Below, in pieces: positions 1-12,914 of a DNA stretch of 64,000 nt. Position numbers and translations under genes: made by a program. Below the pieces are notes generated by a model, which had not been told where the DNA came from, ran no database searches, and worked only from the letters and a program-made list of their open reading frames with translations. Location: positions 411,532 through 475,531 of the forward strand of contig NMRA01000353.1 of assembly GCA_002633005.1 (NCBI GenBank). The letters run 5' to 3'. Each line of letters starts with the position of its first letter. Within the stretch, counting starts at the first letter, position 1. This DNA comes from Phoronis australis (lineage: Eukaryota > Animalia > Phoronida).

Positions 1-724
1 ATGTGAATATGAAAATTGCCAAATGTTTTTAAGAACGAGTTTTGTGTCAAAATGATCCATGGTAAATCACTCAACCGTGTCCAGTAAGTATCGTGGTGTG
101 GTGTTGGAGAATAACACTACACGATGCGGGTTATGTGAGTCACCAAGCAGGGGCAAAACTAATACTTTTGCTTGGGGGGGGGTGTCAAACATAATTTGCC
201 CTACATTTTGGTACGCCTACCCTACAACTTTTCTGATGGCCAAGATGAAGCAGACAGCTTTATCATAACAATAAATCAACGAATAACGACAATGGCTTTT
301 ATAGTAATTTACCAGTCTACATCTACCTTCAGTGTAAGGTGTTTCAGTGACACCATCTTGTTTGAGTTTCCTTGATTAGCTCAGTCAAAAACATTCCCAG
401 TATTTTGATGTTCATCGTTTCCCTAATGAAACAAGGCACAATTTTTATTCAGGTCTCGACATAATGAGCGTTTGCGACCAGAAATTTGGAAATGCGAGCT
501 GAGATTTTAGCAAGCTCGTATCAATAACAAATGGCAAAATGCGACCTGGAACATCCAACCATTGCGAGCTCGGAATTTTTACACTTCTCGGCAGATACCT
601 AGCAAAGACAAAGCAACTCGTATGAATCCAACTGTTATTTGGTTGTTGTCAAATCAATCCAATTCAGAAGAACACTAACCGAGAACAGCCCTCCTGGTGA
701 CTTGTAAGCATGTTACGTGAACGT

Positions 725-1110
725 GGGATAATGCAGAATCGATCTTTGACACGTTTCATTACCTAACATTTTCGGCTACTTTTGCAAACGAGCAACTTGC
801 TAAACTTCGTGGTGGAAAAACATATCTGTTCTTCACGTAAGATGTACTTACTACCAAATATCCACGACAATATCACTGATATCACACTGCTAGCGGCACT
901 GGCTGGTACCGTTGTTAGCGCGCAAGCGGTCCCGGCAGACGATCGTGACTTGGAAATGTGCGTCTCGTTTATATCGCGAAAGACAGCTAACGTAAAAATG
1001 ACAAGTCTATTAATCACCAAACGATGGCCACGTCATTAATTTCAGCAAAGTAGTTTTTGAGTCGCCAAAAAATTCCCAGACGCTTTACTTTTTTCTGGGG
1101 CTGCGTGCGC
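725..1110 (+). repeat. Dispersed repeat, inverted copy at ~46750-47226
   Basis: TGGGATAATGCAGAATCGATCTTTGACACGTTTCATT and downstream sequence match the reverse complement in SYAP1 intron 2. Confidence 0.7.
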
Positions 1111-1140
1111 GACATATCGAATCGTCTGTCCATATTGTTG

Positions 1141-2086
1141 CATAGGTGGATTTAGGGGGGGGGGNNNNNNNNNNNNNNNNNNNNNNNNNNNNNNNNNNNN
1201 NNNNNNNNNNNNNNNNNNNNNNNNNNNNNNNNNNNNNNNNNNNNNNNNNNNNNNNNNNNNNNNNNNNNNNNNGGGGGGGGGCTCAGATCCAATTTCAAGT
1301 ATCAAATTCGGAACATGGGGCAATCGTAACGGAACTATGGCTAAGTATAGGCTCTCCTGCGATATCCCAGGCGACCGGCAGTGGCGCTGCGCACAACGAC
1401 TCCGTTTCCGTCGTCTGCTCCACTGTGCAATCAAGAAAATTACTTAATTTAAAAAAAAATGGAATCTGAGAGATGATGACAAAACAGAAGCTGCTGGTAA
1501 GATGTGAATTTTAATCGAAACCTTAGTGAATCACTCAGAAACTCATAATTCTCTCTTTGTCAAACCTTAACTTAAGACGATTTCCAAAGCAATCGCGTCA
1601 TTTTTGCCAACACAAAAAACGGATTTAGTCTTTTGGACAATTGAAGACTATTTTAAATACAACAAATCTGTTACGAACTCATTGCACAAAATATAAAACA
1701 TGTAATAAGCATTACAAAAAGAAGGAGTTTTCGCACGGAAACGCTGTGGACCATAAACAAGTAAGTCTCTTTGTAACACATTAGGAGTTAATTCGTGTTG
1801 GTGTAGTGGTAAAGCACGCTCGCGCTGTTCGCCAGGTCGTGAGTTCGAGTCTGTGATATTTGCAGTTTTTCCTGTTTGACACTTTCTCCTTGTTTTTTTT
1901 TGCCTTTTTTCTTGGATAATACTTCGGGAATCAAGGAAAATGCTTGATTTTTAGAGGAAAAAACAGAAAAATTTCCCGACCTCCCCCATTCGGTGCTATG
2001 CTCATCTACATGTACAATCGTGCTTGGAGCAAATGTTTACAGACAAAATGTTGGGCCCCTTTTGTGATATCCTAGATCCGCCACTG
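1141..2086. mobile_element. Non-autonomous TIR element (hAT-like CA ends), 5-bp TSD TGTTG
   Basis: Ends CATAGGTGGATTTAGG / CCTAGATCCGCCACTG; TGTTG at 1136-1140 and 2087-2091; contains N gap 1165-1272. Confidence 0.65.
1793..1852 (+). repeat. tRNA-derived SINE-like head
   Basis: A box TGGTGTAGTGG and B box GAGTTCGAGTC, no complete cloverleaf. Confidence 0.5.
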
Positions 2087-2310
2087 TGTTGCCAACATAA
2101 TATAGGCCTACTTCAGCGATTCAACTGCGTGAACTCACGCGTGCGCACCACTCAAAAGCTGCACATCAAAAGAGTACAGCAAGAAAGAGTATACCGGCTT
2201 GGCTCTGTTAAGCACTAAGGTGCCAATGTACGAAGACCCATTATTGCCATGAAAAATAAAACTTCAATTTGTAATTAAGCTACGGATTGCCAATCGGATA
2301 TTACGGATTG

Positions 2311-2578
2311 CATGCGCGCAACCAGCCTTCAATATGAGGGGCTCAAATTCCTAACGTTGTGTACCTTTTTGGTAACAAAATTAGCCGGCGGGCTAAAAAA
2401 AAAAACAAAAAAAAAAACGGGCGCACCTCTGTGATTTGCGCGTTTTGTGCTTGTTTAGTGGTCTTCTGTCTCAATTTCTCGGACTTTTTGTTTCTCGCAG
2501 GCGGACCTTTTTCCCACTTCGCCAAATGGGGGGGGCTCGTTCGAGCCCCCGAGCCCCCCCCCCCTGGGTGCGCGCGTG
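2311..2578. mobile_element. GC-rich MITE with TIR CATGCGCGCA.CCAG and probable 5-bp TSD GATTG
   Basis: TIR pair visible; same family in opposite orientation at 16982-17170. Confidence 0.7.
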
Positions 2579-2908
2579 GATTGCCAATCTGTTAATACGG
2601 ATTGGCAATCTGTTATTACGGATTAGCAATCTGTTAATACAAATTGGCAATCTGTAATAACGGATTGGCAATCTGTTAATACGGATTGGCAATCTGTTAT
2701 TACGGATTGGCAATCTGTAGTACAAATTGGCAATCTGTTAATACAAATTGGCAATCTGTAATAACGGATTGGCAATCTGTTAATACGGATTGGCAATCTG
2801 TTAATTACGGATTGCCAATCTGTTAATTACGGATTGCCAATCTGTTAATTACGGATTGCCAATCTGTTAATGCGGATTGCCAATCTGTTGTTACGGATTG
2901 ACAATCCA
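2578..2908. repeat. 21-22 bp minisatellite, ~15 copies
   Basis: Unit GGATTGGCAATCTGTTAATAC. Confidence 0.92.
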
Positions 2909-4302
2909 TTAATAAACATTCGGTTGTGCACCTTAGTTTTAAGAGAGAATAAGCGAGCTACCCTGTATATAATTTTATTTGGGCCTTAGTTATGACGAGA
3001 TTCTGGTGTCATTGTCAGCAAATCACAGTATGTTTAATTAGCAAGCGAACTCTTCAACGGCAATTTCGAATCATAGGGAGTTATTTCGACGCATGCAAGA
3101 AGCACACAAGCTGTTTGCTTTCTTGAGGAACAGGCATCAGGACGCCTACATTTTTATCGGTGGATGCATTGAAGTGTATACAAAATGGCCTGAATATCGA
3201 CAGGGAAACCGTCTGCCATCTGATAGAAATCTTAGATCCCGATGGGGTACGATGCAGAGCAAGGAAGAGGCGGCAGAGACGCGTGTATCGAGTAAGAGGC
3301 CTTACTTTTATGTGGCGCATTAACCCTATGATAAACTGAAGCATGAAATAAAATACAATAAAAGTGTGCTGAAGAGAATGTACAGTCAATGGTCCTCTTG
3401 CGAGTTTATAACAATAACGCGAGATTATGTGAGACTTAACTCTGACGTCGAATGAAGTGGGGCCAAAGCTTGTCGTTTGGCCATTTCCCCAATGCGGTAG
3501 CAGAGTGTATTCTGTTAGTTTCTTCTAATTTTTAGCCATTTAGTTCGAAAAATGCCAAACAAGCATTGCTGTTATGGCAAATGAAATTTAGATTCGCACT
3601 ACAACAGTACGTTCTATCGCGCGTTCTGTACTAATTTCGTCCGGTGTATTTTAAATGCATTACGGCGTTTTCCCGTTGCTCCCAACTTGTTCGATTCTAT
3701 AGCCCAACAACAAGTTGGGAAGTTTATGCCTGTAGCCAATACGACTGATTAACTCCATTCTGGCATTTATGGTTGGAGGGCCAGCTTTCTTTTGTTCGAT
3801 AATTGCTCTACTGAATCTCCAATAAGATCGTATCTAGGCTGACTGGGCTGTGCTGTTACAAAAAGTTAAGATATAACATATTTGAACATAAACCAATAAA
3901 ATTTCTGAAATCTTCGTCAAATGGTGGTCATGTCTTGGTTTTGAATCGCCGAAATCGCCCAACTGCAACCGAAGTTATGACAATCTATTTTTTCCGAATA
4001 CACCAATTCACTTTAAGAGTTTTCACACGCGGTCTGTAATAAGCCTGGTAGAGTGGCCAAATTGTTGTGACAGCAGACAAAAGAGTGTGCTTGAAGGTTA
4101 ACAAAGAAGCTAGATGTTATCACCCGCTCAGAACCCCCTACGTCTGATAAAATCAATGAACGGGAAAACGCTGTTATGCGGGTGGTAGGCGAAATCCGCT
4201 CACTGATTAGGTTTTCACCTCGTCAAAAATACATTCTACACCTAAAATTATCACCTTTAGAGGCGCTTACTTTCTTCAGTGGTCCTTTCTGCTTCTAAAC
4301 AT

Positions 4303-4995
4303 ATCTTCGATGAAGCATAGCTACGGGAATTCAGGTGACTTTGGCGAAGAATTCCAAGTCCACTTTGTGATTAGGCCTACTATTAACTTAGACCGAGCGC
4401 GCGATAACCACAAAGTATTTCAACTGAATCAGGCGAGTATGAGGCAAAGGCTAGCGCGAGACTGACCGAAACGCGAGACCTGGCGCACGACACTTGCAAA
4501 ATAGTAAGTGAAATTTGTAAGATTTGTGTCCCTTGGACTTTTTGTTCGTCAACAGGCGTGATTTCACGTAACTTCCTCAAAATGGCGCCTGGTGAGAGAA
4601 ACTCGAACAAATCGCGAGGTTTTCATGGATATGTTCAAGTTATTTGTAGATTAAGTTGTATCCAGAGTCAGGGTATGTATTAATTATAACTCCATGTGCA
4701 CATATGCATGTTTCATTTGATTTTATTTGCTGTATTTTGAAGTAAGTAACTTTTTATGTGGATATACTATCGCCCCTGGAAAGATGTATGCCTGCGGCAT
4801 TCAGGCCTAGACCGGGTTGAGTTCCAATTTTAGTCCGTTCACAGCTTCGCACAACATAATAAATTCATATTTTCTTCGTCCATTCAGAGTTATTCCACGA
4901 TCTATCTACCATTTCTTAAGTTTTGTTAGCGTTTTAAGCGTAAAATTCACCATAAGAACTCCAGTAAGATTTAGCGTGTGTAGCAAAGACTCGGG
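4303..4995 (+). repeat. Dispersed ~680-bp unclassified repeat, copy 1
   Basis: Aligns along its length with 24160-24830; inverted fragments at ~42030-42125 and ~42915-43010. Confidence 0.8.
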
Positions 4996-6207
4996 GCTCA
5001 CATCTTGTTGAAGTAAAAACTCCAAACCTCCTGATTGTTAAGCACAACGATATGTATAGCGAGCACATAGTTTGCTACGTTAAATCTTCGTCTACATTTT
5101 CATTTGTTGTTGCAGTCTTAGACGCATGACCACGACCAGAAGGTCTCAGAAAGAAGTGGTTTGGCGAAATGCATGTACATCCTGTTAGTACAGTTAGGTA
5201 CGACATTAGTAGATGCTGGTACAAAAATTTGGGAGGAATCTTGCATTGCCAAGTTGTCAAGATAAAGCCGAAATCGTTAACTTCAAACTAGAATAACTCT
5301 AGGTCACGCCGGTGAATATTCATGTTCAAGCAATGTGTGAACTCCATTCGATTCATGAATTTATGTGTAATTAGGAACGCTAACACGCCGTAGTAAAAAG
5401 CAACAAAAACCAATGGTTTCATCCAAAACAAAGATGGCGCTGCCTATATAATGAAACAAAATGCAACGCATGTACAGACACACAACATTTTTTCAAATCA
5501 CTACATGTTGAAACTTCATAGAAGGGAATACTGATTGAACTCTGGATATAGATGTGTATCAGTTAAAGACAATAAGAGGGGACTTGTCCTTTTTCACGGG
5601 AAACAAACTGCAACAAAAGCGAGAGAAAACAAAACAAAACAAAATGAGCGCTTAGAATGGTTTTATTATTTCAATATCAAAGTTAAAATTTTTAACATGC
5701 ACAAAAAATAACTACAAGATTGTTTTAAAGTTTGTCAAATGTCTGTCTGCAATCAACAAAATTCAAATAGGTCGATGGCGCTTCCAGTAGGCTACATTGC
5801 TCCGCGTTTGAGCCACTGGTAGTAGCCAACCATTTGCCAATCCGTAATAACAGATTCGCAATCCGTAATTACAGATTGACAATCCGTAATTACAGTTTCG
5901 CATTTCGTATTAACAGATTCAAATTTTATTTTTTCATGACACTAATGGGAGTAGTTCCAATCGATAACAGCAAATTCAGTTCTTTTACCCGATATCACAG
6001 TTTGCTTAGCAGTTCACAAGACACTCAGGTGTCAGCTTATCGCTTGAATAAATCGTTTTACACCAATAAATCGTCAAAATTCGATGTAAAAGGCTTACAA
6101 ATACATTGAGTTTCTAAACAAATGAGTTGTTTCATTTCGCTCTTACGATTCAATAGAAATTTTCAACGTGCCGTAGCCTATAAAGTTCGGTAGGCCAACT
6201 TACCAAG

Positions 6208-6327
6208 CGCCAGTAATAATAAAAGACGACTTGGCTTACATGAACGTCTGTATTTTTTGTAGAACAGCGACCGCAAAGACAGTAACCAAATAATACGTAC
6301 GAAAAGTACACAAATAATAGCGCGACG
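6208..6327 (-). repeat. 3' LTR of the Gypsy element
   Basis: Matches 12915-13012 apart from a ~16-bp indel and substitutions; preceded on the minus strand by a short purine run AAAGAGA (PPT-like). Confidence 0.7.
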
Positions 6328-6385
6328 TCTCTTTAACTTTAAATGGACAAAGTCCGTACGGGCTCTGGAACCAAAACGCATAAAG

Positions 6386-8048
6386 TAGTCGGTGGGCCAG
6401 ATCTCATAGCGTTCATCCTTGTGAGTACTTTGGGGGGGGCAACCTAGTTTTTTCTATGTGGCTAGATAATATACCTATAAATCAAATTCCAAAAAGTTCC
6501 CACGTCTACACTTGCACATTTTTTAAAAAAAGGTGTTTTTGTTGCGCAAAATATGATGCACATTCCTGCCACTTGATGGCGCTTTTCTATTGAATTGACC
6601 AATCAGAGAGCCAGATTGTATTGTTGTGCTTAGTTACTTCAATATGGCTGCTCCCATGGAGTGTGTTGCCCGTATAATTCAAGGTTTATCAAACAGCACA
6701 AAATTGTGATGTCAGATCCTAAAAAAGCTTAGGAAAGCTTCCTGACGAAAGCTGATTGACTGTGGAACTCTGTAGATCAGTAGATCAAAAAGAAGAAGTG
6801 TCACAAACGTTTGTGCAGAAAACAGCTGCATGTCCTGGTAGCCTACACAGTATACTGCTGAGTGCTGTAGACTAGAAGACCAAGTGTCAGACCAAAAAAT
6901 TGAAAGGACATAGAACGGCATAGCAACGTTTCAAGGCACCAACAGTGGTACTAAAGCTGAAGTTGCTGAAAGTGATANNNNNNNNNNNNNNNNNNNNNNN
7001 NNNNNNNNNNNNNNNNNNNNNNNNNNNNNNNNNNNNNNNNNNNNNNNNNNNNNNNNNNNNNNNNNNNNNNNNNNNNNNNNNNNNNNNNNNNNNNNNNNNN
7101 NNNNNNNGTGGAGCTTTGCAGTTAATATGTATGGCAATGACCGCATCTCCATTGACAGTACTAAACGATGAACGCTGTAAGTGCAAAAAGAACATGTGTG
7201 TTGGGAAACTGAGTTTGTGCTGCAATGCTGAGTCAAACTGTACAGAAATGTGCAGCTGTGACAACTGCAGTAACATCAGCAACACTGACTGCATAACATT
7301 GGATAGTTCTTTGACAAGTCAATCCTAAATAGACCTCCAACCCCGTTATTTCCTTTTTTTGTATTAAAAAGTTAATGTTATTTGTTGATTAAGTCATAGA
7401 AAGTACATACTTTGATCATTGTCATGTATTTGTCTCATAATGCTTGATAAACGCTGTCAGAATAATCTATTATTTTCATACAGTCTTTGTGCACATTCAC
7501 AGAGATCATTCAACTAAGTTGTTTTTGTACTATAACGTATTTCTGGTGTATTATGCAAACAAGCTGTATTTACACCATTAGTCAATGTTTTAGTCATTGA
7601 GGCACAAATTTTGCCCAGTTTCCAGTGTTTTGTGTTATTTTTGTTGCCTGACAATGCCAGAATAACTTCATAGTAACATTCAGACTTAGTTTGCATTTTT
7701 GCCACTAGGTGTCTCTTTACATTTTTTAAATTTCACTGTTAATTAACAATTTACATAGTAAAACATGTAATGTGAGTGTAATATTGTTCAATACAATGGC
7801 ACTGATGGGACCATATTACTTGTTTTACAAAAAAAGTCACCAAAACTGTTGCTTTTACAAATATTGGTGATTATTAGGTAACTTCAAACTCAAATTTCTC
7901 AAAAATGTGCAACTTTATATGTGGGAACTTTTTAGATTTTGAGAACACTCAAATAAATGAATTAAAAAACACCAAAATGAGATTGCCCCCCTAAAGTACT
8001 CACAAAAACCATTTTCTAGAGGCTCTACAAAATCTGGCCCACCGACTA
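6386..8048 (+). mobile_element. Academ-like TIR DNA transposon (deletion derivative) nested in the Gypsy 3' region
   Basis: Perfect 17-bp TIR TAGTCGGTGGGCCAGAT, further subterminal inverted match GTGAGTACTTT.GGGGGGCAA, AAG duplicated on both flanks (3-bp TSD), remnant CXC-like domain CKCKKNMC...CCNAESNCTEMCSCDNCSN at ~7175-7280; contains N gap 6978-7107. Confidence 0.75.
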
Positions 8049-8169
8049 AAGCCAATTGAACTTAAAGTCTATAAATACGAAAGGGGTATAGGACGGATTA
8101 TTAGAACAAACATTAAGTCAAAGCAAAGTCCTGTAGATGTGCTGGAAGGCGACGGGGCCTCGTAGAGCG

Positions 8170-11100
8170 TCAAGGAGGGGCATCACTAACTGCAGGTACA
8201 TCAACTGCCTCGGAAGGGGCATCAAGTGGACCGGGGTTGATAGTCAGGTCTTCGGACGGTGTATGATCGACCGGGGCCAACTCAGAGGGAACTGAAGGAG
8301 CGGGAGGCTCACTTGGAGGGTGTGAGATGGGCGTCGGCTCTGAGGATAGTGGCGTAACATGATAATCATCATCAGCTATTTCAAAGCTGGAATCGGAAGC
8401 CGCGGAGATGGTGAGGGGGATCATCTCGTGGGGAACTTTGTAGCACTCCGTATTTTTGACACGATAGGATGTTGAGCGAAGTTGGTTGCCAACAAATTTT
8501 TTAATGTTGAGCCAAGAACCGTCGCGACTAACCACAAGATAGCAAGGACGGGAGCGAGTCTTATCGCGATCAACATAGAGATAAACTGAATCCCCAGCTG
8601 TAGCGTTGCTCGTAAGAGGGAGTCTAGCCACAGGAGCCTTAGATCTCGAGCTGGGTTCATGGTTCCTTTCACGTTTGAGTCGTTGTGCCTCGACCAGGCT
8701 GAGGTCGGTGACGGGTATTTGGTCGCAGGTAAATTGGTCACGTTGGAATAGCATCTCTAGGGCAGATAAGCCTCTGGAACGTAGCCGACTGTTCAGTCGG
8801 GCAACTGCAAGTGAAAGCTGCAAAGAAGTTACCTTGACATGGACCAAGTGCTCACGTAGTAACTCATCGGAAAGCTCTTCAATTGCCTTTTCAGCGACTG
8901 GGTTGTGATTGGGGGTTTTTAACACGGCCAAGTTCAATAGTAATCCCGTGTCGTTTAAGGAGATCACCGTCCTTCAAAGCACTGAAGCCAGGAGCCTGAT
9001 CCGTACGGATAACTACTGGAGGACCATCCAAACGGCAAAATTCTATGCACATTTGAAGAAGACAATCTCGCAAGTCGTTACGGCGTTCACTCTCGACAAA
9101 GCGTGCGACGGTGTAGGACATACATTCCCACAGTATGAGGATCAATTGGCGTTCGCGTTTCATGACATCTGCAGCGAAAGACAGACCGACGGTCGGGGGA
9201 GGGTCAGACGAGTGTTGAGTGATCAACGTTTTGGGGAATGTCTGAAGGGAGCAACACTGGTGGCAAGATTTGGAATATCTGTCAATGGCGGAGTCCAAGT
9301 CGAGGGCGTAGAAGTAACGTTGGGCAACTAGCCTCAGCTGATTGGATGAGGGATGATCCAAGCGGAGGTGAAGAGCCATGAGTAGACCGTCTAAAACAGA
9401 ACGTGGAACAACTATGCATTCGCGAATCTGAGCGAGGGGTGCATTTCTACGGACAACTAGTAAACCATCACTAGCGACCTTGACAATATTTAGGTAACGC
9501 TTCACATCTCGAACATCAGTCAGCTTCCTACTGGGGCGCGTACCTTGCGCGAGATGAGCATGAGTACGGCGAAGGTCTGAGCATGCAGTTTGGATACTAT
9601 GCCAAGCAGAACGGGTAGTGAACAGAAGCCTCGACACACCCGATAAGATGTTGTCTGTGGATGAACGAAAGACCACACAATCTTCGGTAGAAGCCACGAA
9701 GGAACACACCTGGCACGCCATGTATGAAAACTCAATACTATGTCGGCTTGCAAAGACTGATATGATGTTTGCGGCCCCTGAAACATGCCGAACAGTAGCT
9801 TGGAACCGAGCTACAGCTGACAAAAATGTAGACACTCGAGGACTCAAAGAAAATTCACCTCTACATAACCGATCAAAGGCCTGTACACATGGCTTACTGT
9901 CAGTGAGGACCGTAGCACGATGCCTGGACTGGATGAGGTATGGGCTGAAGTGCTTCAAACCTACGGCAATTGCCAAAGCTTCAACCTCACACGGGAGCCA
10001 AAGTACTTGGCGGGACTTAAGCTTGGCGCTGAAGAAGGAGGCAATCTTGGGTTTTCCGTCCCTCGTAACATATAAGGTGGTTGCTATCCCTAGGTGCCTA
10101 GCAGAGACATCTGTCACGATCCATAGGTTGTCCTCAGGTCGGGGGAGTGTGATGAGCTTGTTAGACGAGAGTGCCTTCTGGGCAGCAGAAAATACACTGA
10201 CTAGCTCATCGGACCATGTCAATGGATCCTTGGAATCGCGGCCTCAAATAGCATCATCCAGTGGAGACATATAGGCGGAGCAATGAGGGATAACCCTACA
10301 CAAAACCTTGAAGGCACTAATAAATGAACGCATCTGACGCACGGCTGTAGGCTTGTTGCACGAAGCAAGTGCAGATTTACGATGACTGCTAGCCTGAAGG
10401 GTGCCACCTTCCCATATCCAACCCAGGATAGTTGTGCGTCTGGGGGAAATGACCGTTTTGGTAGGTGACAAATGTATACCAGACTTAGCAAGGGCAGAAA
10501 CTACCAGTTCCCAATTGGTAAGTAGCTCAGAAGCGGTCTGGCCACCAAAGTACAAGTCGTCTGCCAGCTTGGTTACGATGCCTTGTTCGAAAAGGTTACC
10601 AAGAACACGGCAGGTAAGCTCTTCTAATGCTGTTTCTGAAACCGGCATCCCCATAGCACATCTGGCATAGACAAGAATGCCATGGAAGGGGGTTACCACG
10701 CCGCAGTACTTCATGGACTCACGAAACAGGGGAATTTGATAAAAAGCACTTGTGAGGTCCGTCTTGACTATAAATCACCACTGGGCAATTTTGCGTAGGA
10801 CCGAATCTACATCGGGCATGAGTGACGTTGGGGTTTGGCATATCTTCCAACGTCCGCAAAGGCTGTCACGAGTCGAATCCACAGCTAAGCTTTTTGACCA
10901 GGAAGGATGGATTGAGATACTCAACTTGAACTTTCACATCTTCGGAACGAACAAAGACACCGAGAGCCTCAAGTTCGTGAAACTTCTGTTGGAGGGCATG
11001 GAGCTTTGTCGGTGAGTACCTGATGACCTTTGCGTTGGGGCGGCTGTGTAGGACCCATGTTAATAGAGGCTTCAAATGGACCGGCGGATCCATTGTAACC

Positions 11101-12893
11101 AGTAAAGTTGGGGGTGAAGATAGTAGCAAAGGAATCGTGGAGGCGTTCGAAAGTCTTCCGCGTGACATCCGGTAAAACTCCATCGGGATCGACTGAAGCA
11201 AAGCGAAAATGCTGGACATGCTGCGCGGATGGTGAATAGGTTTGGGAGGGTGCTACCGTTGAACTTGTAGGTATAGGTGGGACGACGTGGTGAACCTGAC
11301 AAAAGTGTTCGTCCTTGCGTAAGAACCGGGGTTCATTTGTGTCATTTAGTAGGTGTAACTTGTCTTGGTCAACAGTAATGATCTGTGGTTTGAGCCACAA
11401 GTCACTAGGGTCGCAACATCGGGCACTTGGGGAATCTGTTCGAGGTTCAATTGCTATCTCCTGGCTATGTCCACGTAAATCAGCAGGGACGTCAATGTCG
11501 AGGCTGTCGCCTGGCCATACCACATTGGCTGAAGGAGGTGAACGCAGAACGTGCGTTCTACGGACAAGTGTCTGTCTTGACAAAGACTTACAGTGATCAT
11601 TGCGATAGACATCAATTTCTCCTACACCAACCTCTTTCTTAGCTGGGTGAACTGAGATGTTGTTTCTCACTATAAATGGGATAGCAGCAAGGACGTTTAC
11701 ATCAAGTGTCTTAATGACCAGGCCCTCGAAAACCAATTTGTGGTTGTCAAGCTTGAAAGTGACCTTGGTTTCACCAACAACATCGAGTGGGGAGACACCA
11801 TCAGCTTGGAAAGCATAATGTGTGTTGGCGACGATAGGTGTACCGAGTGATCGGGCACAAGATTCGCGAATCATATTTCCTGTTGCACCACAATCGAGAG
11901 TAAGCCGTACTGGTTGATCGTGGCACAGAACGTCGATGACAGGTGACTGGATAATGTGCACTCGGTTAGCGATGGGCTCCTCGGGTTCACCAATCTCGTC
12001 GGGACACTCTGAGAGATGGGGATCATCAACCTCTCGGAGAAGTGGGCCTTCATGAAATAGCGTTTGTCTTCTGCGGGTAGGTAGGGACACTGAGACAAGT
12101 AGTGATCAAACTGGGAGCGAGGAGCCTGTTTACACAGTGGGCAGGACTTTGCTGGGCTTCGGCGAGTGACCGAGGTCGCCTTACGAGGGAATGCCCATAA
12201 CGCCTTGGCATCTTCGAGTGTTTGTAACTCGTCAAGCAATGGCTGGAATGCCTGCGAAATTTCTGGTTTGATCCATGCAAGTGACTTACTTTGGACTTCG
12301 GGACCACATCGCAGTTGGACGAGTGAATCAAGCGTAACCAAGTGAGGACTGCTAAATTCTCTAAGGTCGGAGACATTTCTTCCTCATCTGTGATAAACAC
12401 GCCATGATGTAAAATGGTGTTGTCCGGGCCGAGCAAATTGTCTTCGATAAATGACATGAGTCGCTGATATAGGTCTTCCGGGCGTTCGTCGGGTTGGAGG
12501 CGTATATCAGAAAAAACAATAAAATGTCCTCCAGATGTCTGAAAGCCGTAATGACTTCTGATAGTTTGCCACATACCGGTAAGTGAGGTGGACTGTTTGA
12601 CAATAGCACTGCGGGCAATCACAGGACAATAGTTGGCCAATTGGCCTAGCATGAGGTTTAAGTGGGTTAGTTTCTGACGGGCTGTGCGTCGCCGGGATTC
12701 AGGTACAGCATCTGTATCGTCAACTAAACCTCTCAAGGGGACTCTGGCTTTTTGCCACGTATAATCGGCTTGCAGAAAGTCCTCAAAATTCGGGCCGAGT
12801 GATAACACGTAAGTTATATTGTTCTTCCAGTTATCAAAACTGGTGATAGTTTCACTTTTAGTCAAGCACCACTGCTTCGGTGCTCTGGCCATG
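8170..12893 (-). pseudogene. Frameshifted gag-pol of the Gypsy element
   Basis: Overlapping ORF fragments 12050..13054, 11871..12341, 10969..12090, 10866..11219, 10244..10714, 10219..10491, 8891..10222 and 8170..8967 together reconstitute one polyprotein. Confidence 0.9.
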
Positions 12894-12914
12894 GTTCGAT
12901 TGCTATTGCCACCA

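Larger units (their letters stand above)
2237..5949. mobile_element. Large TIR element with inverted subterminal 21-22 bp tandem arrays and nested insertions
   Basis: CCCATTATTGCCATGAAAAATAAAA at the left versus TTTTATTTTTTCATGACACTAATGGG at the right; arrays of GGATTGGCAATCTGTTAATAC at 2281-2908 and inverted at 5834-5920; exact termini and TSD not resolved. Confidence 0.65.

Noticed and set aside
2578-2908. Regular short repeats as a CRISPR array (also 23542, 48021, 60041)
   Set aside because: Head-to-tail units without unique spacers, no cas genes, eukaryotic context.
6945-7328. Host metallothionein or tesmin gene
   Set aside because: The Cys-rich peptide is inside a TIR element with a TSD and is better explained as a transposon protein remnant.
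8606-11642. Plus-strand ORFs up to 218 aa (e.g. 9618..10274, 8909..9331)
   Set aside because: Antisense shadows of Gypsy pol with no recognisable motifs.
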